Shown: positions 1 through 23,658 of the stretch, in pieces | Position numbering within the stretch: the first letter of the stretch is position 1 | Layout of the letters: every line of letters begins with the position of its first letter | Notes under the pieces: generated by a model | What the model saw: the letters and a program-made list of their open reading frames with translations, nothing else | Told to the model about the DNA's origin: nothing | Database searches by the model: none | Assembly (NCBI RefSeq): GCF_009914755.1 | Contig: NC_060940.1 | DNA length: 64,000 nt | Reading direction: 5' to 3' (one strand) | Origin: the human T2T-CHM13v2.0 reference genome, Homo sapiens | Translations under genes and position numbers: made by a program

Positions 1-144
1 TTGATAGGTGATTTCAGAGCCCCTTGTTTTAGCTTCATGAGAGTAGGGTTCAAAACTGCCTTCTTCACAACTGTATTCCCTGTGTTGAGTACAGTGTCTA
101 ATAATAATTATTATTATTATATTAATAGTAAGATTTTTTCATAG

Positions 145-262
145 TGCTTACAGATGAGGAAACTAAAGTGCAGAGCTGTTAAATAAATGTCCTAGGTCAT
201 CCAGCTAGTAAGTGGCAGAACCTGATTCAACCCAAACAGTCTCACTCCAGAGTCTCTCTTCT
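145..262 (-). mobile_element. MIR
   Basis: ttacagatgaggaaact...agctagtaagtggcagaacc core. Confidence 0.7.
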
Positions 263-310
263 GAACTGTGACACTCTATACCCACAATAAATATTTTTTT
301 AATAGATTTA

Positions 311-1088
<778 letters not shown>

Positions 1089-2270
1089 TAGAACACTTTT
1101 AGATTTGCAGAAAAATTGAGTAGATAGCACAGAGAGTTTGATGAATGAGCAAATCAGTGAATGGAGTATCCCTTGATGGAGACGCTGATTCTTTACCCAA
1201 GGCAGGTTAAAAGGGAACTCATCTTTGTGTGAGTTCTCTATGTGCCCAGCACTTTATATATGCTATTTACTTTATTCTTACAGCCAGCTTGTTAAATAGG
1301 GAGCGTTAACCTCATTTTGCAGTGAGCAAACTGAGGTTCTGAATGGCTAGAAGAATTGCCCTAAGTCCTCTAGCAGATGAGGGGGTAGAGCTAGAAAGTT
1401 CTTATCTATCTCATCCTAAAGATCACATTTGCTTTTTCCTCTGATTGAAAACTTCAAAGTTATCCTCAACAGGTATTTTGTTTTGTACATACCTAACATT
1501 GGTCTCTAGTGCCTTATAGTTTTTAAAATGCTTTTGTACCCCTCTTTACCTTTTGGTCATCACAACAGCACAGGAAGGTGAGTAAGGCAGCTTTTATGAT
1601 TGCATTTCATAGAGGCAGCTACTCGGGCTTAAAACATTAAGCTTGTATATGAAAAGGGCTGAGGTACCTTCAGGACTGGAACACAAATATGTTGATTTCC
1701 TACTCCATGGCCTTCCCTTCTCGCCAAAGCATTCCTCTGTTATAAACGACTTCATTGCACAGGATTCTTGCTGGGCCTGCACAGGAAATACCTGGTTTGC
1801 TCTGGTCGTGGAGCTGCTCCTCTTCCCTGGAGTTGGCCAGGGGAATTTTTCTAAAATCTAAGCTTTGACTGCATTTAACTCCTTTCCTAAATGTTTGGAG
1901 GAAAAGGGTGAACTCTGACATTTTATTTTTTCCCCCTTGTATTTAACCAGCACAAAGATTTGGCCATTTTCAGTTAAAGAATGTTGTTTCCGATTATGGC
2001 ACAGTTAGAAATTGCATTGCCAATGTTGGAAACCCATTTCATGATGGCAGCAGAGCAGAGATTTCCACTCTGCCCTTGGCTCTCAGGCCACTATTGATAT
2101 ACATTGGAAGCCAGCAAATTCTCTTGGGTACTTCTCCTTCCTTGACAGCCCCTAGCTGAAAGCACCCAACTCAACTCATCACCCTGGAGGAGAGATTCTT
2201 ATTTTGTTAAATTATTTTTTTATTTTGAAAACAATTCAAACCTACAGAAACTGTATAAGAAAGTTACAAT

Positions 2271-2890
<620 letters not shown>

Positions 2891-3565
2891 TAAAATATTA
2901 AGTTTATTTATTTCAGTAGGAATTATATTTGTTTGATTCAAAATTCGAAAGGATATATAGTGAGGTGTCTCCCCCAAACCCTGTCCCCCCAGTATCCAGT
3001 GCATTTTCTAGAAGAAGCCAATAATTTCAGTTTCTTATGGGCCTTTCCAGAGATATTTCATATATATGTATGTAAATGTATATAAGCAAATACGGTTTTA
3101 TGTGCGTATTTTTGTTTTGCCTTTTTTTTGTGGTAGCATACACTTATTCTACAACTTGATTTTCTCATTTGAAATTATTCTATTAGTAATTTATTTCAGT
3201 CTTCTCATTTTTTAAAAATGATTTTACTGTATTCCATTGTACGGGTATTCCATAATTTGGTCAACCAGTTCCCTAAGATGGTCACTTAGGTTGTTTCCAA
3301 ACTTTTGCTAATATTAACAATACGCCAGTGAATAACCTTTTATGCATATTATTCCATAGGAGAGTTTTCAGCTTTTAAAAGAGCCTGGAATCAAAGTTAT
3401 ACTATGAGACTATGTCCAGGATATCATAAATTCAGGTGCTTTGGAGAAGAGTCATTCCTTGTCTCTACATTCCTTTGATCTGGGAGTTGGTAATCTAATC
3501 TTCCATGCTGTGGGTCTTGAATTTTCACTGGTGATAACTGTCTCTGGTCACAACAATGATAAGAA

Positions 3566-3862
3566 CTTTTTTTTTTTTTTTTTTGAGACTGAGTTTCACT
3601 CCTGTTTCTCAGGCTGGAGTGCAATAGCGCGGTCTTGGTCACTACAGCCTCCGCGTCCTGGGTTCAAGCAATTCTCCTGCCTTTGCCTCCCAAGTAGCTG
3701 GGATTACAGGTGCCTGCCACTATGCCTGGCTAATTTTTTGTATCTTTAGTAGAGATGGGGTTTCACCATGTTGACCGGGCTTCGAACTCCTGACCTCAAG
3801 TGATCTGCCCACCTCAGCCTCCCAAAGTGCTGGGATTACAGGCGTGAGCCACCGCACCTGGC
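3566..3862 (-). mobile_element. AluS
   Basis: Poly(T) followed by an antisense dimer. Confidence 0.9.
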
Positions 3863-4389
3863 TCAGAAGTTTTTTAAATGGATGATTTTCATGTGCTAAA
3901 GTGGCCTGTTTCTCATTATTCTCCTTTGCATCGTCTCTGCTCAGCACATTGGTCAGTTAGTTCAATACAAATGGCATATGCGTTGCCATCATGATTCTAA
4001 AATGGTCTGGGATCTATCCTTCAATTTGTGTTCTGACCTTGAAGCCAAGTTAGAACACTTGAACCAGAAGTTCAGGCTTCAGAATGTTTGCATTTGAAAA
4101 ATGAACCAAAGTTTCCTAAATGTGCTGTTTGGTGAACTCAAAGAAGCATAGTAAAAGGTATAAACACCACCAACAAAAAATGACTAATGGATATTTCCCG
4201 AAGGACAGCTGGAAGGCAGTGCTTAAAGTTAAGTAGCTGGGAACATCTTCTGTTTCTTTTTCAAATTAGGTCTTATTATAACAGGTATTTACTAGGACAC
4301 ATTTCAGATAAAAAACTGAACCCCATCATTGTTAGCTGAGAGGAAAAGAAAAAAGGTTCATAATCTAGTTAAAGATGCAACTGCCTCAG

Positions 4390-4422
4390 ACACACATACA
4401 TACACACACACACACACACACA
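4390..4422. repeat. (CA)n microsatellite
   Basis: Interrupted CA run, read directly. Confidence 0.9.
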
Positions 4423-4848
4423 GCGCGATGTGCATATGGTGTGGTTATAGTGCAGAATCTAGCATCCTGCTTCCCAAAATGGCCTACCCTACATCTATTC
4501 TAGATTTTAAAAAAGAAGGAGGAGGAGGAAGAGGAATAGATCTTATCCTTGAAAACATTTAGAAGAGGTAATGTGTATGTTCATTGCAAAAGATACATAC
4601 ACAAAGGAAAGATGGCATCAAAACTTCTGAGCTCCAGGGCACTGGTTGACCAAATTATGGAATACAAGAAAATCATTTTTAAAAAATGAGAAGACTGTGA
4701 AATGAATTAGAATGACTTCGAATGAGAAAATTAAGTTGTAGAATAAGAGTACACTACCACACACACAAAAAGGCATCTTTACAATATGTAGTCACCCTCA
4801 CCATCTAGAAATTCTATTTTGCATCTGTTTATTGATAAAATTTTCAAC

Positions 4849-5455
<607 letters not shown>

Positions 5456-5494
5456 ATAATTGGCACATTGTTACCTGAGCATGGGCATGACAAG

Positions 5495-5790
5495 TTCATT
5501 TATTTATCAAACCTTTATTGAGTACCTACTGTAGGCCAGGTATGGTCACAGCAGTGAGGACGTAGCAATGAACAAACAGAAATTCTTATCCCCTGAAGCT
5601 TATTTTCTAATGGAGAGAGAGTAAACAAAAAAATAAGTAAAACACTGTATATCATGTGGTGCTAAGTGACAGGGAGAAAAACAAAGCAGGGGATACAATA
5701 GGGAGGGAGGGGTGAAGGGAGAGGACTACAATAAAAGAAGGCATCATTGAGAAGGTAGCACCTGAACCAAGTCTTGAAGGAGTGGAGATT
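5495..5790 (-). mobile_element. L2 3' end
   Basis: ttcatttatt...ttattgagtacctactgtaggccagg. Confidence 0.7.
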
Positions 5791-5944
5791 ATAAAGTTGG
5801 AGCCTTTCAAATAAAGTCATAAACTTTCCTTGTGGTATAATTTGAGGGTAAGACCTTTTTATCTCCAAAATGTTCTTTTTACCCACTTATTGTGATCTCT
5901 AAAATTTTATTATTAGCAATACCCACTTTTAGGTTAAAATGCTA

Positions 5945-6862
<918 letters not shown>

Positions 6863-7171
6863 TCATGCCATGCCCGGTTGCCCTGTCCTGGGGATAATCC
6901 TGGGGCTCTCAGCCAGTTTCTCCTAATCCCAGTGCTAACTGAGGTGCATGGGGGCACAGGAAAAAGGCTGCTGTGTGGTTTAGTGACACGTCTCCTGAGG
7001 GGCAGGGGTGTTTGGAGTTGTGCTACAGATAGTAGTATAAACAGGGACACCCAGAAAGCAATTTTGGGACTCGTAGTCCAGCTAGTTTGTAGTTAATTTA
7101 ACAGCCCTCAGAAAAATAAACAATTCAGGAAACACTGAAAGTTTCCTTCATAATCAATGCAAGAAAGCAGC

Positions 7172-7730
<559 letters not shown>

Positions 7731-8057
7731 TGGATTCCCAGTTTCTATTGAAGAACGAGAAATTCTAGCAACATTGAACTCTTATACCCAATAGATAATA
7801 ATCCCAGGAGCCGAGTAAAGCTATGCACTCTCCAGTTTGTCATCCCCAGCAGTCCCTATTGCCTCATTTCCTAGCTTGTGCCCATTACTGTCTGGTCCCG
7901 GTAGGCATTTGAGTTTGTGACCGGTGGTTTAAAGCTTATGTCTATAGAAGTATTTTTGAGAACTGAACTTACAGGAACAAAGATAAACCTAAAATAGAGA
8001 AGACAATCCAGTTTCAAACGATGAGATGAATGCCTTCAGAAATAATCTGCTTTCTTG

Positions 8058-8520
8058 GCTGGGTGCAGTGCCTCATGCCTGTAATGTAATCCCAGTGCTT
8101 TGGGAGGCTGAGGCCAGATGATCAACTGAGCCCAGGAGTTCAAAACCAGCCTGGGCAACATAGTGAGACTCTGTCTCTATTAAAAACTTTAAAAAATATA
8201 TTTTAAAAAGTAATGCTGCTTTCATGGGCTGGCACCGTAGCTCACGCCTGTAATCCCAGCACTTTGGGAGGCCAAGGTGGATGGATCACCTGATGTCAGG
8301 AGTTTGCAACCAGCCTGGCCAACATGGTGAAACCCTGTCTCTTCCAGAAATGCAGAAAAATTAGCCAGGCGTGCTGGTGTGCACCTGTAGTTCCAGCTAG
8401 TTGGAGGCTGAGGCAGGAGAATCGCTTGAACCTGGGAGGCGGAGGTTGCAGTGAGTCAAGACTGAGCAACTGCACTCCAGCCTGGGTGATGGTGAGACTC
8501 CATCTCAAAAAATAAAAATG
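8058..8520 (+). mobile_element. Alu monomer (8058-8200) and AluS (8227-8520)
   Basis: Alu consensus. Confidence 0.88.
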
Positions 8521-8844
8521 TTAATAAAAATTTTTTTAAAACCAAAATATTCTGATTTTGAGATGCTGGCAACTGATTCAAGATAGTTAAAGACACGGTG
8601 TGGGCCAGTGTGTGATCTCTGACATAAACAGGTAATCTGGGTGCAGCATGGAACATGATAAGAAAGTAGGCAAAGGAAGGACATCTGGTCAACCTGACAG
8701 TTTGAGAAGGTACATTTTTTGGGGAGTTGACCTTTTCCAAGTTGACCCCTTTGCCAAGGTTCTGCCCCACCTATTTAACCAATAGATTATTGTGGAGTAA
8801 TGTCTGAGTAGTCCTGGCAGAATGGAAGAAAATGCTGAAGTGAG

Positions 8845-8975
8845 ACTCATAGGCCTGGGTTCTAATGTTGGTTGTCCCACAAACTCACTGTGCAACCTCA
8901 GATAAATCCCTCAGCCACTCCAGCTTTAATTTTCTCATCTGCAGAATGAGGGGGCTGGACTTACAGATTTTCAGC
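8845..8975 (+). mobile_element. MIR/MIR3
   Basis: ttttctcatctgcagaatgagggggctggact. Confidence 0.6.
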
Positions 8976-10462
8976 ATGTGCCCCACCAAGCGCAAGACAT
9001 CTTCAGAGATGCCTGGGAGAGCTGGGGAGGGTCGGGGAATCCCAGGGCTTGCAGGAGGGCAGCTGAGCCTTTGTTCCATTTTCTCTTTGGGGTTTCCACT
9101 TTTCTGTTTTACATCTCAGGGTTCTTCTGCCAAAAAAGAAAAAAAGTCTTTTTCAAGAAAGAATTTCCTCACTTTAAAAATGTTTGAAAATCTTTGGATT
9201 CATTGATCAGCTCTAGTATACGGTTATTAGCAGAGGTTTGCAAATTCTTTGAGGCCTGTAGTTCATCTGAATGTTTAGTCTTTTCTCCATTTGCCTCATG
9301 TGCTTTTCTGCTTACACTTACCACTAGCTCCAACCCCAGGCTGATGAAATGAACAAGTAGCCAACGAATACCATGGGAAGATTCTGACTCATTATCCAGT
9401 TCAATAGCTTGTATTGGGGAATTTTCTTTTTTGTTTTGGTGAACATATATGTTCTTATTTCTGATATTATATTGTTCATAGGAATGTAGTCATATTTGCT
9501 ACTAAAAAACGTTCATATGGTTTGATACCACATTTCAGCATTTCACAATGATCTGCAACTTCCAAATGCTCTGCCACTAGAACAAGTCTGAAAATCACTC
9601 AACTGGCCTTAAAAAAATTAGCTATAATTTGTTGACAACTTAATATGCGATGACTTTATATGTATCATCTCTAAGATTCAGATTATTATCCCTGCAGAGA
9701 AGATATCTTTGTCTGTGTCTTACTGATAAATAAGGAAACTAAGTCTAGGTGAGGTTAAAAACTTGTCTTGAACACACAGGATTCCAGCTTGTATCAGTGC
9801 CAGCATATTCTCAACCAGACAACCTCTAAATTTGCTTCTCGATTTGAGAAATCAGGCAACAGCAGGTCTTTCTTCTGTTTTAAGCTGTCCTAAAATCACC
9901 TGCAAAACTGCTTTCAACTTTCAACTTTCCAGATCCTCTTATCTACTGAAGATTCCTTGAATGGTAGCTTGTTAACTCACAACTGTTCAAGTTTGTTGCC
10001 CTAATCTTAACTGATAAGAGGGCCCCTGAATTTAAGTAGTCCCTTCCATGCCCTGGGTTGTTTCAGTGGAAATGAAAGAACTTGAGATCTAGGGGTGAAA
10101 ACAGACTTTGGGGAAGAAATAAGTGGGTTTTTCAATGTTATTCCTGGACTTGGCTGAGCTGAGCTTCTCTCCTGCTGCAAAGGAAATTACTTTCCCTGTT
10201 TGTTGATCTACCTGTTGTTCTAAGTGTAACGTGTTCAGTTTCTCTGGTGGTAGATATATGCCAAGCATGTGTCACAAAGTAAGTATTATGGGCCATTCTT
10301 TTTGTTTAGCACTTTGCAGGGCACATGGTATATCCTAAGTCAATATTTTTAATTCCTATAACTGGATTTTTTTTTCCTTAAAGTTCACTAACAAGACAAA
10401 AGACCAGTACTTTTTATTTGCACAATGTAGTATTTTTGGAGAATGCTTATGAATATTATCTA

Positions 10463-10945
<483 letters not shown>

Positions 10946-11111
10946 AGAACGTCAATGTGAGGCAGGCAGCATAGATGTTATGAGTCTTATTTCACAGACA
11001 AGAAAAAATTGCTAATCACTCATTCAGTTGGTTAGTAGTAAGCCTGGACTACAACTCAGATATTTCCACTTTCAATCCTGTGTTCTCTCTGTTTTACAAG
11101 AATCTTGGCAC

Positions 11112-11789
<678 letters not shown>

Positions 11790-11970
11790 TAATTATTGCT
11801 TGAGAAAAAAATCAATAACTACTGTTTTTTCTTTAAAAAAAAAAAAAGAGGTTCCAATTGTAAGCAAGGCCTTAAAGTTTAGAGTTTGCCATAACAAAAA
11901 CATATGAACAAGCATTTTTGAACCCACCACTATTTGGTCTAATTTCTTCCATGAAGAGGATGGAATCTGA

Positions 11971-12634
<664 letters not shown>

Positions 12635-13218
12635 AGCATTATTTTTTTATTTGCTTTGTAGCACAAGTATTTGATTGATTGATTGATTGATTGATTGCCT
12701 CTTACTTTTACAGCTAAATGAAGGGATTTGTTGATGACTTTCTTCCAAGAAAGAAAAGAGAAGTGTGCTGCAGTTTTCTTTCTCCCTTTAGTTTGAGGTT
12801 TTCAGGACAGGTGTTAACAGATTAACTTAGGTTACTTGAATGCCTCTTTTCTTTCCTGAGAGGTTGATTTTTCATCTGGTTTGTGCCTAAGGCTGCCTCT
12901 TGTGATAATGAGGCAAATGTTTATAGCAGCCTAGAGAATGATCCGAAGAACAGCTTGGGATGCTGTCAACCTAGATGACCTAAGAAGGACTCACCCAGAT
13001 AATAAGAACATGGGTAGCCAGGTAATTATTCAGTTCTGTGTCACTCAGAGCAGTACTTTTCCATGTTGGTTGCACAAGTAATTACAAAAAGAGCTTTTAA
13101 AACGTAATGCTTCCATACTGACCCATCACCCCTAAGTCTGAGCAGGGTCTGAGCAAAGATAATTTTTAAGTTTCCTGGGAGATTCTATGAGGTTGGTGAA
13201 TCTCCTAATCTTATTCTA

Positions 13219-13278
13219 TTAGGTTCTATTATTTTGCCAGTAATGGCCAAAATCGCAATTACTTTTGCACCAACCTAA
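13219..13278. mobile_element. MADE1 (Hsmar1 MITE) with most of the left TIR deleted
   Basis: Right TIR aatcgcaattacttttgcaccaacctaa is nearly intact; only ttaggtt remains on the left. Confidence 0.85.
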
Positions 13279-13419
13279 AAATATGGAGCTGGGCTTCAGA
13301 ACCTCTAATAAAGGCTTCCAGTGTCCTGTTCAAAACCAGGTCGGATAACTCCAAATGGCAGCCGGTTTTTCTGCCAGAACAATATGGGTATGTTGAGTGA
13401 TCGGTTTGTTTTGTGTAAG

Positions 13420-13790
13420 ATACACATTTATTCAGCACCTGTGTTCTAGGTGCTGAGAGTTTTTCGAGGAACAAGACAGAACCTGCTTATGCCTTAAGAT
13501 GCTTTCTTTTTTAGTGGATGGAGACAAAAAGTAAATATATAAACAGGACTGCGGTTAAGTGTTAGGAAGGAAATAAACTAGGAAATTAGGAGTCAAAGAA
13601 GGCCTCTAATATGAGGAATTATTTTTGCAAGACTTGAAGAGGAAGAAGGAGCAGCTGTACCTAGAGCCAGTGGTAAGGCAGAGGGAAGAGAAGGTGAAAA
13701 GGTTCCGAGACAAGGAGGGTGTGTTTGAGGAACAGACTCCAGGTGCTTTCAGTTATCTAGAAAGAGGAGCGGCAGATCATAAGCAAATAC
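13420..13790 (-). mobile_element. L2 fragment
   Basis: acatttattcagcacctgtgttctaggtgctg...gaacaagacag. Confidence 0.65.
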
Positions 13791-13801
13791 CAGCCTGACA
13801 T

Positions 13802-14106
13802 TTTCTTTTTGCTTTTTTTCTTTTTGAGACAGAGTCTCACTCTGTTGCCTGGGCTGGAGTGCAGTGGTGCGATCTCACCTCACTGCAGCCTCCACTTCAT
13901 GGGTTTAAGCAGTTCTCCTGCCTGAGCCTCCCGAGCAGCTGAGATTACAGGCGCATGCCACTACATCCGGCTAATTTTTGTATTTTTAGTGGAGAAAGGG
14001 TTTCACCGTGCTGGCCAGGCTGGTCTCAACCTCCTAACCTAAAGTGATCTCCCCACCTTGGCCTCCCAAAGTGCTGGGATTATAGGCGTGAGCCACCATG
14101 CCTGGC
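13802..14106 (-). mobile_element. AluS
   Basis: Consensus; TSD-like tgacattt on both sides. Confidence 0.9.
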
Positions 14107-14285
14107 CTGACATTTCTTATAGTTTGTACAAATCACTCAGTATGTTCTTGCCAAATAGTACACACTCTGCAAGAGAAACACAAAGAGAAGCATCCTCCAG
14201 GAGCCAGGATAAGGTGTGCTGGATAGAGAGGGTTCTGCTTTGCTAGTCAATAATTATTGATTATAAGGAAAAAGTTAGGCAGTCC

Positions 14286-15003
14286 CAGTCAAAATGGCGA
14301 TTGTTAAAAAGACAAGAAACAACAGATGCTGGTGAGGCTGTGGAGAGATAGGAACGTTTTTACACTGTTGGTGGGAATGTAAATTAGTTCTACCATTGTG
14401 GAAGAGGATGTGGTGATTCCTCAAAGACATAGAACCAGAAATACCATTTGACCCAGTAATCCCATTACTGAGTATATACCCAAAGGAATATAAATCATTC
14501 TATTATAAAGATATATGCACAGGTAGGTTCATTACAGCATTATTCACAATAGCAAAGACATGGAATCAACGAAAATGCCCACCAATGATAGACTGGATAA
14601 AAAAGTGTGGTACATTTAAACCATGGAATGCTATGCAGCCATAAAAAGGAACAAGATCATGTCTTTTGCAGGGACATGGATGGAGCTGGAAGCCTTTATC
14701 CTGAGCAAACTAACTCAGGAACAGAAAACCAAATACCACATGTTCTTACTCATAAGTGGGAGCTGAACAATGAGAACACATGGACACAGGGAGAGGAACA
14801 TCACACACTGGGGTCTGTTGGGGAGTGGCAAGGGGGAAGGGAAAGCATCAAGAAAAATAGCTAATGCATGCTGGGATTCATACTTAGGTGATGGGTCGAT
14901 AGGTGTAGCAAACCACCATGGCACACGTTTACCTATGTAACAAACCTGTACATCCTGCACATGTACCCCAGAACTTAAAATTTTTAAAAAAATTAAAAAA
15001 AAA
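14286..15003 (+). mobile_element. 5'-truncated primate L1PA (ORF2 end, 3' UTR, poly(A))
   Basis: aacagatgctggtgaggctgtggag...cctgcacatgtaccccagaacttaaaa; diverged TSD AAAGTTAGGCAGTCC / AAATTTAGGAAGTCC. Confidence 0.92.
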
Positions 15004-15154
15004 TTTAGGAAGTCCTGTATGACACCATGATAAACAATGCAAAGGAAAAAATTCAATTATATATTTGATATTCAGAGGATTTGTGCTAATCCCTTAGTCT
15101 TAGAATACAGACTATTCATGTGGCGATAGCCACAGACATTCAGTTCTCTGACGT

Positions 15155-16325
<1,171 letters not shown>

Positions 16326-16501
16326 TCATATAACCTAGAATTAATTTTCCTGGTTGGCATGTTGTTACTCATTCTCTAAAACCATGGGGTTTAGTGCAAA
16401 TAAAGCAACTATAATTAATACGCATCCTCAGCCAAAATGTCCAAGAATTCCAAAAATCTCCAAATACTTTTACGTTAGATATCATAATGATGTCTTGATA
16501 A

Positions 16502-17028
<527 letters not shown>

Positions 17029-17174
17029 GGAGGGAAGAAGAAATATAATTTTAAAATTATTGAAGATTATATATTTTTACATTAAATTTGCAAATCCACT
17101 TGCAAAGAAAACTCACTGTTATTTAAAAAAAAAACAAAACAAGATTGTGATAATTGTTATTTATTTTATTCCTA

Positions 17175-18785
<1,611 letters not shown>

Positions 18786-18884
18786 CCCTATAAACATACC
18801 AATTACAGTACCTGCAAATGAAGGTTAAGTGTTACCAAATTAATAAATATAATTAATTACTGTTTATTTGCTTTAGAAAATAAT

Positions 18885-18995
18885 TGGCCATGAAGCCAGA
18901 GGACCATATCTATCTTGTTCATTGTTGTATTCCCAGCCCCTAGCATTGTGCCTGAGACATCACAGATCCCCTTTAAATACTTGCTGAGTGAATTC
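18885..18995 (+). mobile_element. L2 3' end
   Basis: tcttgttcattgttgtattcccagcccctagcattgtgcctg...aaatacttgctgagtgaat. Confidence 0.7.
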
Positions 18996-20228
18996 ACTTT
19001 TTAAATAACAGCCACATTTCATCCTTTTGATCTCTCCAAACTTGATTTAGATGCAACTTCTCCAGGAGTGCTTATGTTACCCAAAGAGAAACAGATGCAC
19101 AAAGAGAAGGAATGAGATGCTCGGGGATATTTTATCAAGGAAACCAGCAAACCGTCTTTTTCCTGAAGACCTTTTAAGATTAGGACAAGCAGCTGTTTAT
19201 AAAAGCAGAACAGTGTTAAGATTTGAACTGTAAAGTAGGATCATGCTTTGAAGTATATTCTAGCTAAAAGCAGGGGATAAACTAGATAAAACTTGGAGAC
19301 TCTAAGACCTGACCCTGATTAAGTGGGCCTACAAGTGAGAATCTGAAGAACAGCTCTCTGGCTGAACATATCCCTTGGATGTTGTTATTACCAGCTGCCT
19401 CTAGATTTGAGAACAGTGCTGAGCATGCTTTTAAATGATCTTTGAGGTACTTTAAGCTAGCTACACCTGAAAGCATACCTAGCCCTCATTTCTGTTTGCT
19501 TGAACAAGAGCCTGAAAAAGAAGTCTAAAGAACTTTCTAGTGATATCCTTCAGTCCTGTTCTAAAAAGAACCTGTGTTCTTCACCGAGTTAAGGAAATTT
19601 CACAACTCCCAGGGGCTAATGTGGAGTTCATTTTCACTTACTGCTGAATCAACTGAAGTTCCTTTCAGAGTCTTTTCCTAGAGTGGAAAAGTATCTGAGC
19701 TCTTCAACCTACTATTCATTAGTGCTGAGAGACAAAAATCATGTTAGAGTCTATAATGTAATGGAGCATAAAACATTTAAGTTATGAATCTGCATAAAAT
19801 GTGTAAAAGATGAAAAAACATACTTTAATGTTTGTCAGTACTTATTGATCAGTGAAAGAACATTTTCATTAATGCCTCAGCCTGTGAATGGATGTCAATA
19901 AAGATGAGTGAGAAGGTATTTCATATACACACACTTGTTCAATATTTATTATATGTTTATTATTCATAATGTATTATTATTTATACGGGAATAATAATCT
20001 CTTCTGTAGCCAACACAGCACCTACCCTAGTATACATACATGGTGTAAGTATTTAAATATGTGTAAATTAAGTAAATTATAACAAAGTCACAAAACTGGT
20101 GAGCCCAATATAAGAAATGACAGTGCCACTACAACAATCTTCAAACTTTAAAAATTATTTACTGCGGAACTAATTTTATGAATATAATTAAAATATTATC
20201 TTTTTGTCTCAACGTGTTCATATGTTAG

Positions 20229-20933
<705 letters not shown>

Positions 20934-21191
20934 TAACCAGCTTTATTGAGATAGTTTTATACTTGATAAAATTTATACTTCAGTGGTTTCTAGTGTATTC
21001 AGAGTTGTGCAAGTATCTCCACAATCTAATTTTAAAACTATTTTATTGCCCCCCAGAAGAAACCCTGTACATAGCTATTAGCAGTCACTCTCCATTCTTC
21101 ATCCCCCTTCTCCCATGTCAGTCCTAGGCAACCACTAATCTACTTTCTGTCTACTTTCTTACTTTATTCTGGACATTTCATATAAATATAA

Positions 21192-21374
<183 letters not shown>

Positions 21375-21377
21375 TGA

Positions 21378-21608
<231 letters not shown>

Positions 21609-21988
21609 TAGGGGATGTATCTGGCTTTTATCACTTAGCATTATGTTTTCAAAGTTCATCTGTGTTGTACTATCAGTACTTAATCTTTTTTTATGGCTGA
21701 ATAACATTCCAGTTTGTGTATATGCCATTTTTGTTTATCCAGTCATCAGCTGATAGACATTTGGGTTGTTTCCACTTTTGGGCTATTGTGAATCATACTG
21801 CTGTGAACATTTGTATGTAAGTTTTTGTATGGACATATGTTTTAATTTCTCTTGGGTTGCTGGGTTATATGGTAACTATGTTTAACTTTTTGAAGAACTG
21901 TTTTCCAAAACAACCATCATTTTACATTCCCACCAGCAGTGTACCAGGGTTCGAGGGTTCTACTTTCTCTGCATCTTCAATTACACTT

Positions 21989-22673
21989 TGTATTACTCTG
22001 TTCTCATGCTGCTAATAAGGGCATACCTGAGTAGGGTAATTTATAAAGAAAAAGAAGTCTAATAGACTCACAGTTCCACAGGGTTGGGGAGGCCTCACAA
22101 TCATGGCAGAAGGCAAAGGAGTAGCAAAGTCACATCTTACATGGTGGCAGGCGAGAGAGAGAGCATGTGTTGGGGAAACTCCCCTTTATAAAACCATCAG
22201 ATCTGGTGAGACTTAATTTTTTTTTTTTTTTTTTTTTTTTTTTGGAGAAGGTGTCTCGCTCTGTCATCCAGGCTGAAGTGCAGTGGCAATGATCTTGGCT
22301 CATTGCAACCTCTGCCTCCTGGTTTCAAGCAATTCTCCTGCCTCAGCCTCCCAAGTAGCTGAGATTACAGGTGCCACCACCATGCCCTGATAATTTTTTG
22401 TATTTTTAGTAGAGATGGGGGTTTCACCATGTTGGCTAGGTTGGTCTTGAATTCCTGATCTCTGGTGATCTGCCCTCTTCGGCCTCCCAAAGTGCTGGGA
22501 TTACAGGTGTGAGCCACCACACCCAGCCTCGTGAGACTTACTATCACGAGAACAACATGGGAAAGACCCACCCTCATGATTTAATTACCTCCCACTGGGG
22601 CCCTCCCACTACACGTGGGAATTATGGGAGCTACAATTCGAGTTTTGGGTGGGGACACAGTCAAACCATATCA
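21989..22673 (-). mobile_element. THE1 (MaLR) solo LTR interrupted by an Alu(-) at 22216-22528
   Basis: TG...CA termini; ends ggggacacagtcaaaccatatca; 5-bp TSD CACTT at 21984-21988 and 22674-22678. Confidence 0.9.
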
Positions 22674-22931
22674 CACTTACTATTGTTTGTCTTTTTTATT
22701 GTAGCCATCCTGATGAGAGTGAAGTGGTATCTCATTGTGGTTTTGATTTGCATTTCTCTAACAACTAATGTGTTGAGCATCTTTTCATGTGCATATTGGC
22801 TATTTGTAGATCTTCTTTGAAGAAATGTCTACTCAGATACTGTGACCACTTTTTAATTGGATTATTTATGTCTTTGTTGTTTAGTTGTAAGTGCTCTTTA
22901 TATATTCTGTACACTAAACCCTTATCAGATA

Positions 22932-23658
<727 letters not shown>

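Noticed and set aside
13219-13278. miR-548-type hairpin from MADE1
   Set aside because: The left arm is mostly deleted, so no long stem can form.
14607-14864. 85-aa ORF
   Set aside because: A decayed L1 ORF2 end plus 3' UTR in a 5'-truncated copy; it cannot be an active element.
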